Shown one piece after another: positions 1 through 11,017 of a stretch of DNA of 64,000 bases. Origin of the DNA: an uncultured Planctomycetota bacterium (GTDB taxonomy: Bacteria > Planctomycetota > Planctomycetia > Isosphaerales > Isosphaeraceae); contig CAWGMQ010000010.1 in the NCBI GenBank assembly GCA_963823665.1, positions 2,613,473-2,677,472 on the forward strand, given 5' to 3'. The first letter of the stretch is position 1. Each line of letters starts with the position of its first letter. Under the pieces are notes generated by a model, which saw only the letters and a program-made list of their open reading frames with translations, did no database searches and was not told the DNA's origin. Both the position numbers and the translations under genes were made by a program.

Positions 1-393
1 AAAGACGAGCTGCTGCCCGGCCTTGACCTGACTCTCTCCGGCCTCCTGGTCGATCTCGACCGCCGCGGCTTGCTCGACGAGACACTGGTGGTGCTGCTTT
101 CCGAGCACGGGCGCACGCCCAAGCTTCAGTCGGTGCAGGGGGGTGGCCGCGACCACTGGTCAAGGTGCTACTCGGTCGTGATGGCCGGCGGCGGCATCGC
201 TCGCGGCCAGGTCGTCGGCCGATCCGACAAGATCGCCAGCGACCCGCTCGAGCGGGCGGTCTCACCCAAAGACATCCTCGCCACCATCTATCACCTTCTG
301 GGTATCGACCCGACCGCCACCATCACCGATGTTCAGGGAAGGCCGATGGTGATCGCACCAGACGCCGAGGTGATTCGCGAAGTGCTTGCGTGA
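1..393 (+). CDS. DUF1501-family protein, 3' part (runs off window start)
   Basis: Open frame from base 1 with LLDETLVV..SEHGRTPK..GGRDHW..MAGGG..GQVVG.SD..P.DILATIYHLLGIDP, the typical DUF1501 C-terminus. Confidence 0.88.
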   Translation, partial: KDELLPGLDLTLSGLLVDLDRRGLLDETLVVLLSEHGRTPKLQSVQGGGRDHWSRCYSVVMAGGGIARGQVVGRSDKIASDPLERAVSPKDILATIYHLLGIDPTATITDVQGRPMVIAPDAEVIREVLA

Positions 394-557
394 AACACGG
401 TCGCGACGGCTGAAGCGAAACTCTGGCCCCCTCGCCCGCCGGGAGAGGGCCGGGCGGGCGAAGCGCGCACCCCCCCAGTTCCATGAACCACGCCGGAGCT
501 TCTCTGCCTCCAAAACCACCGATTTGCGACACATCCTTACCACCATTGGGTTTAAGT

Positions 558-715
558 GTGACGATGGAATAATCGGAACCCGGGGGTTTATCGTCGTAAA
601 CACCTGTTCGGCTGGCATTTAGGGCGTGACGATGGAATATTCGGAACCATGCCGATTTTGGATGTAAAATCATATGGCGACTAAAGTTATGGCGTGACGA
701 TGGAATATTCGGAAC
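558..715. repeat. Three copies of GTGACGATGGAATA(A/T)TCGGAAC at 68-bp period (copy A)
   Basis: Repeats at 558-579, 626-647 and 694-715, separated by 46-nt spacers. Confidence 0.95.
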
Positions 716-935
716 TCTGGCTTCTCTATATTGGCACTGAATCCGGCGCCTGGTGTGTCCATTTTTCGGGCTCCCGCCCAGAGAGGAGTTCGTTTTGTAG
801 ATTTGTCGTGCGCCCTTACGCCACAAGGACTACGGGAACGCATTCGCTCGCTCCAGCAAACGAGTCATGGGCCGAACTCGAGGCCTGGTTCAAAGGAACC
901 ACGGGTAGGGTCATACCCGCGATGGATCGCAGCCC

Positions 936-956
936 GTAGGGTGGGTGCAACCCACC
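936..956 (+). repeat. GTAG-type REP-like palindrome
   Basis: GTAG-GGTGGGT-GCA-ACCCACC: GTAG followed by a 7-bp perfect stem. Confidence 0.6.
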
Positions 957-1675
957 GGCCTCTTTGGCTGTCCGACGGACCGCCTGAGGGGTCCAAAACA
1001 TAGTGAACAACGCGAGAGATTCCCGGTGGCGCTTTTGTGTTACCCGCGCCACGAGGTATTCTTGATCGTCAGAAGGCATCGAGATCATATCTTATCCCCT
1101 GGCACCAATCCGACTTGTGGATCGACGTAGCCCATCGTTTATGAGCATTCACACATGGCGCATTGTGGCGCAAAGTGGCGCTTTTTGGACGGTCTCGAGC
1201 ATCCGTGCACAGGTGTAAATCCTGGATTCCGAAAGCGGCCAACGGCCGCCAGCCGTCACCCGTTGAAAGCAGCTCAATGGAGTCGGAATCATGCTCAGCC
1301 CTCGAAAGTAGGTCAGGCTTTCACCCTGACGATCAGTACATCGTTCGCCTCGCTCAGGACGACTTTGCGCGTCGATTTCCCGGTTGTTGCCGTTGATCCC
1401 CCGGTTGAGGCACCGCCCAGCCGGCGCACGCACGCACGGCTCCTATCTAGATGATCTACAAAACCCCGGTTCCATTTGCCAAAAAGATGTGAAATTCGTC
1501 CATTTCGAGTGAGATTCCTCCGCCCTCCGTCCTGATTTGTGCATCGCGGCCGACGCATCATGACGATCTCGACAGTTGGCAGAGCCCTCCTGAGAATTCC
1601 CAAAGAAAATCTGCGCCGCGGTCCGGGTCGGACGCACATTGATTATAGTGCGTAGGCACGAGAGGACTCCGACAC

Positions 1676-4600
1676 ATGGCCATTGAGACACTGGGCGTGG
1701 CCCTGCGACAGCTCAGGGGCTTGTTCGCCGACGGTACGATCGCGGGGCTGTCCGACGCGCAGCTCCTGGAGCGGTTCCTCAGCCTGGGGGACGCCGGGGC
1801 CTTCGAGGCATTGGTGGGGCGGCACGGACCGATGGTCCTGAGCGTCTGCCGTGCGTTCTTGCGCGATCCTCACGATGCCGAAGACGCCGTGCAGGCCACG
1901 TTCCTGGTCCTGGTAAAAAACGGAGGCGCAATCCAGCGGCGAGACGCCTTGGCGGGCTGGCTGCACATGGTCGCGCATCGCGTCGCGATCCAGGCCAACA
2001 AATCCCTGGCTCGCCGGCGCAGGCTCGAGAGAGAGGTGGCAGAGATGGCTGTCGCGACATCCACGAACGGCCAGGCAGCCGGGCATGATCTGCTGCCCGC
2101 GTTGCACGAGGAGATCGCCCGGCTGCCCGAGAAGTACCGGCTCGCGGTCGTCCACTGCGACCTGGAGGGCATGACCCAGGCGCAGGCCGCCGGGCAATTG
2201 CACTGGAGCAGACGGACGCTCCAGCTCCGGCTGGCCCAGGCGCGCACCCGGCTCAAGCGCCGACTGGCCCGACGCGGCCTGGCGCCGGATAGCGCGACGC
2301 TCGGTGTGATACTGCTGCGCGAGGCGCGAGCGGCTGTTCCGCAAGCCTGGTGCGAAGCGACCGTTCGTGCCGCGGTCGCCACGGTCAATCACGCAGTGAC
2401 CGCTGGCGTCGTCTCGGCGGTGGCTCAGCAATGGGGTCAGGAGGTGTTCAAGGTCATGCTGCTTCGAAAGCTCACATGGGTGTCGGTCACTCTGCTGGCG
2501 ACAAGCTTGATCGGCTGGGGGGCGTCGGCCGCCTTCCTCTCTCTTCGTGAGCAGGCCCCGCAGGGGGCGGGAGCCGGGGCGGCCGCGCGCGCGGCGGCGC
2601 CCTCCCGGCCCAGGGCGGAGACCATCGCTCCGCAGGTGGAACCGGGCTCCGCTCTTGCGGCCGGCACACTTCCGGCTCGCGGCCGTGTGCTCGACCCCGA
2701 TGGCAGGCCCGTCGTCGGCGCCGGGGTCTACGTGCGCCATTATGTCGAAGCGCGCTGGAACCCGATCGACACGATCGCCGCGCGGCAGAAGGGCGCGTGG
2801 CCGTGACGGACGCAGACGGTCGGTTCTCTTTCGAGTTCGAGAAACGCGCGAGCGATGGCTCTTACTACAGCAGCCAGACCGGTTGGCACAACGCCCAGAT
2901 CGCCGTCGCCGCGCCCGGATTCGCACCGGCCTGGGTTGAGGCCGGGGATATGGTCAAACGCGGCGAGATGCCGCTCCGGCTGGTCCGGGACGACGTACCG
3001 GTTTGGGGGCGCGTCCTGGATTCGCAAGGCCGGCCTGTCGCCGGGGTGACAGTGCGAATCCGAGCGATCTGGGAGGTCAAGGACGGCTTTGACCTCGATG
3101 CCATGCTTGACTCGGGCGCGGTTCCTGAAAATATGTGGCAGATCGCGCGAGTGTACGGCAAAGTGCTTGGCGAGGCAGCCCCGGCCTGGCAAGAGGATCC
3201 GGCGCCGCTCTGGCCGGGCGGCAAGAACGTTTGGACCAGCGGCGCCGACGGTCGGTTCGAAGTTCAGGGGATCGGGCGCGACCGCATCGCCCGCCTGGAA
3301 TTCCACGGCGGCGGAGTGGCAGACGGTACTCTCGACGTCATGGCCCGACCTGGGAAGGGACCGCCCAAGGCCCGGCCGCTCCCCAACAAGCGCAGGGAAA
3401 TGGGAATCAAGGACCGCGAAGCCGCGTTCCTTGGCATGTACCCTCAGGGTACGCAGCTCGTCGGTGCGACCTTCGACTTTATCGCGGGCCCGACCAAGCC
3501 GATCGCGGGCGTCATCCGTCTGAAGGGCTCCGGCAAGCCGGTCGAAGACGCCATTGTCAGCGGCGCCGACGTGGGAACGCATACCGCTGTCACTGCCCGG
3601 ACCGATGCGTCGGGCCGCTTCCGCCTCGATGGGGTGCCCAAGGGGGAGTACTACCAGATCCAGGTCAACCCAAGGCAAGGAATCGACCCGTTCCTCCGCC
3701 GCTGGGATATTATCGATGACACGGAGGGGCTCAAGCCGATCGAGACGGCGATCGAGGTGCCCCCGGGGGTGATCGTGACCGGACGGTTGATCGACAAGGT
3801 GACGGGCCGGGTCGTCCCGCCTGCGGATGTGGAATACACCAAGGCGCCGGATAACCTGGCCACCGGAGACGCGTTGGCATTCTCCCGCCTCGCCGACGGG
3901 GCGTTCGGACTGACCGTCCCACCGGGACGCGGGATGATTGCCGGGGCCGCAGCCGTCGAGGGGAAGGATGACCCGTACGTCGCCGCTCACCTGAAGGCAG
4001 CGGACCGAAGCCAGAAGGGGATCGAGGCCAGGTTATATCCACACAAGCTCGTCGGTCATCACACCTATCGATTCATCGACGTCCCAGCCCGCTTGGGACC
4101 CCTGGCTGTGGACCTCGAGCTGACCCGCGGCGCGAGCCGCGCGGTCCGACTCACCGGCCCGGACGGGCTGCCCGTCGTCGGCGCCCTGGCTTACGGCGCG
4201 AGTGCCCGCGACTGGTCAGGGACCGAGCGCTCAAGGGCGCTCGACACCGATACCTTCGAGGTCGGGGGTCTGGAGCCGGGCCACCCTCGGCTGTTGGTGT
4301 TCACGCACAAAGCCCGCAAGCTCGTCGGAGCGGCCGTGCTCAAAGACGAAGACCTGAAATCCACCGAACCGCTGGAGATCAAGCTCTTCCCGGCGGGCGC
4401 GATCACAGGACGGCTCCTCGACCAGGATGGCCTGCCGTGGGCGGGGGCCACGCTTCATGTCTGGATGACCGACCCGGACCGGCCCCCAAGCTTGGGCTTC
4501 GGATGTGCCTTCGGCGAGGCGGTCACCGCCGACGCGCAGGGTCGCTTCCGGCTCGAGGCGTTCGTGCCGGGCGTTGAGACTGAGATTATCATCTCAGTCC

Positions 4601-4716
4601 CGAATCGCATCGGCGTCCAGCTCGACGGCGGCAATGCCCTCCGGAAGCCCGCCCTGAAACCGGGTGAGCTCCGTGACCTGGGCGACGTGAAGGCCAAGGA
4701 AATGCATCAACAATGA
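1676..4716 (+). CDS. ECF sigma-70 factor fused to a TM segment and carboxypeptidase-regulatory-like repeats (frameshift ~2790)
   Basis: DAEDAVQATFLVL region 2 and LPEKYR..EG..Q..AA..L region 4; GRVLDPDGRPVVGA repeats continue in ORF 2797-4716 (TDADGRF, GRVLDSQGRPVAGV). Confidence 0.85.
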
Positions 4717-4753
4717 CCGCTTGGAGGGGAGGGGGCCGGTGCGAGCGCACGCC

Positions 4754-6086
4754 ATGCGACGGATTTCGGGCGATTACTGGGCGCCCTATGTCCCCGACGA
4801 AACCCTGCCTTGGGACCTGCGACGGGTGGTCCACCTGCACCGCCGGGCCGGCTTCGCCGCCACCTGGGACGAGCTGCGGCGCGATCTGAACGACGGCCCC
4901 GAAGTCTCGATCAACCGGCTCCTGGAAGGGAAGTCCCGATCCTGCGGCATCCCTGCGGAGTTCACCGAGTTCGCCGATCGCCTGGCGGACCGGGCGGTGG
5001 CCGCTCCCGCGTCCAATCGCCTCAAGGGTTGGTGGGTCTACCGCATGCTCTTCGGTCCGGACCCGCTGACCGAACGCCTGACGCTCTTGTGGCACGGACA
5101 CTTCGCCACCGGCAACCTCAAGGTCAATGACCTGGGCTTGATGCGCCGGCAGAATGAGAACCCTGCGCTCGCTCGGCCGCGCCCCGTTCGGAACGCTCCT
5201 GCGTGCGATGCTCCGCGAGCCGGCCTTGCTCATCTGGTTGGACGCGCCCGATAACACCAGGGACCACCCCAATGAGAACCTGGCCCGCGAGCTGATGGAG
5301 CTCTTCACGCTCGGTGTCGGTGCCTTTTCCGAGGACGATGTCAAGCAGGCGGCCCGCGCCCTGACCGGCTGGCGGCTCGCGGGCGATCAGGTCCGGCTTA
5401 TTCCCTCGCGGCACGACCCGGGCACCAAGACCATCCTCGGCCGCACCGCCGCCTTCGATACCGACGGCCTGACGGAGTTGCTCCTCGACCATCCAGCCAC
5501 GTCCCGCCGCGTGGCCTGGCGGCTGTGCCATGAGTGTTTCGGCGAAGAGGCGGTTGACGATCGGGCAATCGACGCCCTCGCCGAGGGGCTGCGAGCCCAC
5601 CACCTTGACATCGGCTGGGGCATCGCGACGGTGCTCCGATCGCGCCTCTTCTTTGACATCGCCAACCTGGGCCGGCGCATCGCCAGCCCGATCGATTATG
5701 TCGTGGGCACGGTGCGGGCACTCGAGATGTTCGACCCATCACCGAGCACGCCGGTGCTGGCCGACTGGTGCGGCCGGCTGGGCCAGGACCTGTTCGATCC
5801 GCCCAATGTCGGCGGCTGGAGCGGCGGGCGAAGCTGGATCACGACCCGCTCGGCCATCGGGCGGGCCAATTTCGCCGCGGCCCTGGTCGACGGCGCGGAG
5901 GTCGGGCTCGGCAAGTCGTTCGACCCGATCGCGCTGGCCGACCGCCATGGCCAACGTCGCAACCCGTCGTTCTACGCAAACTTGCTGCTCGGTGCCGTTG
6001 GCCCCAAGGTCCCGCTCGATGCGCCGGGACCGGCCCGGCAGGCCCTCATCCGACTGTTGGCATCGTCCGAAGCGCAGCGGATTTGA
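4754..6086 (+). CDS. DUF1800-family protein (frameshift ~5160)
   Basis: HLHRRAGF, ERLTLLWHGHFAT, PNENLARELMELFTLG, FDPPNVGGW across ORFs 4721-5254 and 5154-6086. Confidence 0.88.
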
Positions 6087-6108
6087 CCATTTCTCAGGAG
6101 GTGAGATC

Positions 6109-7315
6109 GTGATCACACGCCGAGGCTTCTTCGCCCGCAGCCTGCGGGATTCGTCGCTGATCGCGCTGGCGCCGGCGCTGCCCGGATTCCTGCGCGCACG
6201 GCGCGCGCCGCCGGCCCGGCGAAAGACGGCCGCATCCTGGTGGTCGTCCAGCTCAACGGCGGCAACGATGGCATCAATACGGTCGTCCCGTTCAAGGACG
6301 AGGGGTACGCCAGGCATCGCAAGGCCATCCGACTGCCCGAGGGGCGGCTGATCAAGGTCAACGGCGAGGTTGGTCTGCACCCGGCGATGCGCGATGCGGG
6401 GAAGCTGCTGGAATCGGGCCGGCTGGCGATCGTTCCGGGCGTCGCCTATCCGAACCCGAGCCGTTCGCACTTCCGCAGCATGGCGATCTGGCAATCGGCC
6501 CGGCTCGACGCCCGCGACCACACCGGGCTGGGCTGGGTCGGCCGCGGCCTCGACGAGGGTCCTGCGACTCACGACGGCGCGCCGGCGGCCATGCTGATCG
6601 GACCCAACGACCTGCCGCCGGCCATTCGAGGCCAGCGCTCGATCGAGCGCCGCGCTCGACCGGCTCGACGACTATGCCTTGAGCGACAAGGAGGCCGCGG
6701 CCAAGCCGACCGGCTCCTCCACAGCCGGGGACGACCTGGGGCTGTTCCTGCACCGCAGCCTGCTGGACGCCTACACGACCGCGGACCGTCTCGAGGCCGT
6801 CAGCGAAGCCCGCGGCGATGCGGCTTATCCCGAGTCGGGAGCTCGCCCGTCGGCTGAAGCTGACGGCGCGGCTGATCAAGGCCGGGCTGGGCACGCGCGT
6901 CTATTATCTCGAACAGGGCGGATACGACACCCACAGCTACCAGGTCCCGCCCCACGCCGCGCTGCTGGAGGAGCTCTCGGCCTCGCTCCGGGCGTTCCTC
7001 GACGATCTGGCCGCGGCGCGGCTGGCCGACAGGGTCCTGGTGCTGGTCTTCAGCGAGTTCGGCCGCCGCGTCGCCGAAAACGGCTCGAAAGGAACTGACC
7101 ACGGCACTTCCGGGCCGGTGCTCCTGGCGGGGCCGTCGGTCCGGCCGGGCCTGCACGGGGCCTACCCGAGCCTCACCGATCTGGTCGACGGCGACCTGAA
7201 GATCGCGGTGGACTTCCGCCGCGTCTATGCCACCGTCCTCGAGGATTGGCTCGGCCTGCGATCGAAGCAATCCCTGGGCGGCGCCTTCGAGTCGCTGCCG
7301 CTTTTTGACTCGTGA
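6109..7315 (+). CDS. DUF1501-family protein, Tat-like N-terminus (several frameshifts)
   Basis: AGGAGG then GTG-ITRRGFF; VQLNGGNDGINTVVP, YPNPSRSHFRS, GGYDTH, SEFGRRVAENGS.GTDHG; classic DUF1800-DUF1501 pair. Confidence 0.88.
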
Positions 7316-7448
7316 GCTCGCCTATACGACAGTATCAACCACGCCCGATCATGGCCTTGATCGCACCCGATCGTGCCGTTGCTCCGATTCGGAATACACG
7401 GCCGCCCGAATCGGCGAGAATCGTCGGCGAGCCCGGCCAGAATCCCTG

Positions 7449-7515
7449 CTTGCCGTGTACACGCTCGATCGCGACGTAAGCGGCGGAGCCCTTCACATCG
7501 GTCATACCTGTTAAC
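7449..7515 (-). pseudogene. 67-bp fragment of a DUF3224-like gene
   Basis: 62/67 nt identical to 13936-14002 and encodes the same peptide LTGMTDVKGSAAYVAIERVHGK. Confidence 0.85.
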
Positions 7516-7940
7516 CCGAACTTACCGATCAATTGCATTGTAATGTGAAGTGAAAGCATTACTTACGCGCGCGCTGCGCGCGCATTTCTGGCTACAGGGT
7601 AACGCTGAGCAGGTCTAAGGCTCGCTGCTGCTGCAGCGATGGCTGGGTTAACTCGTAGAATTCCGAGCCGGTTTCCCCTTCTAGCCGCACTTTGTTCTTG
7701 GCCAGCGTCCCCAGATCGACCAGCAGGGCGCGGAAGCTGTGAACGGGCAAGCTGTCTGCTTGGTCTTATCTTTGGCTCGGGCGGCGTCGGAACGTGGAGC
7801 CGGCTCTACAATCGAGGTACGCGCCGCCTCCGCCGCCTCCCGATCATGATCTTCGAATAAGAGCGGAGCAAGTTTCTCACGCATGTGCCACTCGACATAC
7901 TAGGCCAACATAAAAAGAAATACATGTGCTCGGGTTCGGT
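7511..7940 (-). mobile_element. IS1634-family transposase 3' remnant with probable right end
   Basis: RAHVFLFMLA*YVEWHMREKLAPLLFEDHD...LPVHSFRALLVDLGTLAKN...QQRALDLL; internal stop and frameshift; candidate terminus TAACCCGAACTT at 7512. Confidence 0.78.
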
Positions 7941-7989
7941 CATCTAAGGCCCGTGAGTAGCAACGGAACAGAACACTGGAATATGGCTT

Positions 7990-10969
7990 CTACTCCGGCG
8001 GTTTCTCGGCCCCCTTGCCTGCCACCAGTTCCTTGTGCCACTTCGCGGCTTCGTCGGGCTTGTCCATCGCCTCGTAAAGTTGGACGAGACGCTCCAGGGC
8101 TTCCATCAATCGATTCCTGGCCTCTGGCGGGATCGTTGCCTCCTGCTGGTTCATCCCCTCATAGCCGGCCAGCAGCAGCGGCTCGGCGGCCACATACTTC
8201 TTCTGGCCCAGCAGCGCCCCACCGAGCGCCGATTTGGTGTTGGACGTTGACCAGGCGTCAGGCTGCGTCTTCTCACGGATGGCCAGGCACTCGAAGAGCA
8301 GATGTTCGGCGTCCGTCCATTTCTTTTGGTTCAGCAGAATCCGACCGAGTAGTGCCAACTCGTCGGCATAGGCCGGTGTGTCTCCACCCCATTTCTGTTT
8401 CTCCAAGGGTAGTAGCTCCCGCTGAAGAAACTCGGCTTTGTCGAACTGCTTGACCTGATTGTAGGCAGCGACGATGAGTTTCATGCTTTGGAGTGTGTGG
8501 GGATGTTCGGGGCCGAGCTTGGCTTTCCGGAGCTTCAGCGTCTCCTCGAAGAGCGGCAGGGCCAGGTCCCGCTTCCCGGCAGCCTGATACGCCCCGGCGA
8601 GGTTGTTCATGCTTTGGAGTGAGTCGGGATGTTCGGGACCAAGCTTGGCTTTCCGGAGCTTCAGCGTCTCCTCGAAGAGCGGCAGGGCCAGGTCCCGCTT
8701 CCCGGCAGCCTGATACGCCCCGGCGAGGTTGTTCATGCTTTGGAGTGAGTCGGGATGTTCGGGACCAAGCTTGGCTTTCCCGAGCTTCAGCGTCTCCTCG
8801 AAGAGCGGCAGGGCGAGGTCCCGCTTCCCGGCATCCTGATACGCCCCGGCGAGGTTGTTCATGCTTTGGAGTGTGTCGGGATGTTCGGGACCAAGCTTGG
8901 CTTTTCGGAGCTTCAGCGTCTCCTCGAAGAGCGGCAGGGCCAGGTCCCGCTTCCCGGCAGCATGATACGCCATACCGAGGTTGTTCATGCTCATGAGCGT
9001 GTGGGGATGTTCGGGGCCGAGCGTGGCTTTCCGGAGCTTCAGCAATTCCTCAAGGAGCGGCAGGGCCAGGTCCGGCTTCCCGGCATCGTCATACGCCAGG
9101 GCGAGGTTGTTCATGCTAATCAGCGTCAACGGATGTTTGGAGCCCAAGGTGCGTTGCAGTCCCTTGGCGGCCGTTTCCGCCATCGTCAGGACCTCGGCGT
9201 CTTGTCGACCACGGTGGCGAAAAATGTGCGCGAGTTCGCCTTGAGACCACAAGGCGGCGGCCGACTGCGGGTCGCGTTTCCGCGCCGCATCCACCATGGC
9301 CCGCCACTGCTTTTCGGCCTTAGCCCATGACGCCAGGCCGTGATACGTGTCCGCGATCGTCTGGCGGAGGGCGAGTTCGAGTTCCGGCTGGCCCACGAAC
9401 CTCGTTCCCACCTTCTCTGCCGCGCGGTCGAGCACTTCCAGCATCGTAACATGATCCTCGATTGCGTTGTTTGCCGGCTCAGCCTGGGTCAGCAGATCCT
9501 GCGTCAAGAACTCATTGATTGTCTTGGTCTTCGCCTCGGCTGCGATCGCTTTGTCGCGCTCCACGACTGCCATGGCGCAGTTGCTCGGCTTCCGCTTTCT
9601 GCGATGCCAGCGCTTGCAGCTTGGCCTGCCTTTCACCTTCCGCTCGCGCGGATTCGGCCTGTTGCGCTTGCAATGCGGCTCTCTCCGCCCGCGTCGCCCG
9701 CACCGCTTGCCAGGTGCTGACGGCCACACCCGCCACGAGGAGCAGCGCGATCGCCGCCGCTGTCGTCAAGGCCGCCCGATGCTTGCGCACGAACTTCCAC
9801 AGCCGGTAGCGAGCGCTGGGCGGCGCCGCCAGCACGGGCTCGGAGGCCAGGTAGCGCTGAATGTCCATCGCGAGGCCGTTGGCGGTTTCGTACCGGCGGG
9901 TGCGGTCCTTTTCCAGGGATTTCATCACGATCCAGTCCAGCTCGCCGCGCACCAGCTTCGCCAACCTCGCCGGCTCCGTATGCCGGCCAGCGGCCAGCGA
10001 CGGCAACGCCTGGCTGGAACTCAGCCGCGCGCTCGGCCGGGGCGGCTCTTCCTCCCGAATGATCCGGCGGACCTCGTCCCAGGCCGCCTGCTTGAACCGC
10101 TGCTTCTCCAGCGGCGTCGTCCCGGTCAGCAGCTCGTAGAGCAGGACGCCCAGGGAGTAAATGTCCGAGCGCGTGTCCACGTCGAGGTTGTTGAACTGCG
10201 ACTGCTCGGGGGACATGTACTGCGGCGTGCCCAGCACCGTCTCGTGGGCCGTGTGCAGCGTCCGCTCGGTCAGCGATTGGTGCATCGCCTTGGCCAGACC
10301 GAAGTCGATCACCTTGGGCACCGGCGTGTCGTCGTAGGGAGCAACGAGAATGTTGGAGGGTTTCAGGTCGCGGTGAATGATTCCCTTCTGGTGCGCGTGC
10401 TGGACGGCCCGGCACACCTGTACGAACAAGGTGAGCCGTAGAGGCACGCTCAGCCGGATGGCGTCGCAATACTCGGTGATCGGTACGCCCTTGACGTATT
10501 CCATGACGAAGAAAGGCCGGCTGGTTTCGGTCAACCCACCGTCGAGCACCTTGGCGATGTTGGGATGGTCCATGACCGCCAGGGCCTGCCGCTCGGCCTC
10601 GAAGCGGGCCAGGACGGACTTCGAGTCCATGCCGGCCTTGATGAGCTTCAGCGCCACTTTGCGACGAACCGGTTGCGTTTGCTCGGCGACCCAAACCGTG
10701 CCCATGCCGCCTTCGCCGATCGCTTCGAGCAGCTTGTAGCGGCCGGCGATGACCGTGCCGGGTATTTCCATAAAGGGCGGATCATCCACCGTGGCCGTTG
10801 TTCGGGCGATATGACTCTGAAGAAAAGGGCCGGGCTGGTCGTGCGCCTTCAACAGCGACTCGACCTCCCGGCGCAGCTCGTGGTTCGTCCCACAGGCCCC
10901 GTCGAGATACGCCGTGCGATGCTCCGGAGACAATTTAACGGCGGCCTTGAAAATTCCAGATTCGGTCAT
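7990..10969 (-). CDS. Ser/Thr protein kinase with C-terminal 42-aa TPR repeats (frameshift ~9590)
   Basis: GEGGMG, VALK, HRDLKPSN, DFG, GTPQYMSPE; TM segment; LGPEHPDTLQSMNNLA repeats. Confidence 0.92.
8480..9150 (-). repeat. 126-bp tandem repeat (about 5 units) encoding TPRs
   Basis: TTCATGCT recurs at 8480, 8606, 8732, 8858, 8984 and 9110; central units nearly identical. Confidence 0.93.
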
Positions 10970-11017
10970 GGCGTTCTCCCTCGATCGGATGGCCTCTCAT
11001 CATCTCACAGCTCCCTC

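Noticed and set aside
558..715. Bona fide CRISPR array
   Set aside because: Only three short repeats, spacers homologous between the two copies and sharing a motif, and no cas genes; kept as an unexplained repeat
2780..2810. Programmed frameshifting in the ECF fusion and other split genes
   Set aside because: No slippery site or stimulator evident, and indels are scattered across unrelated genes
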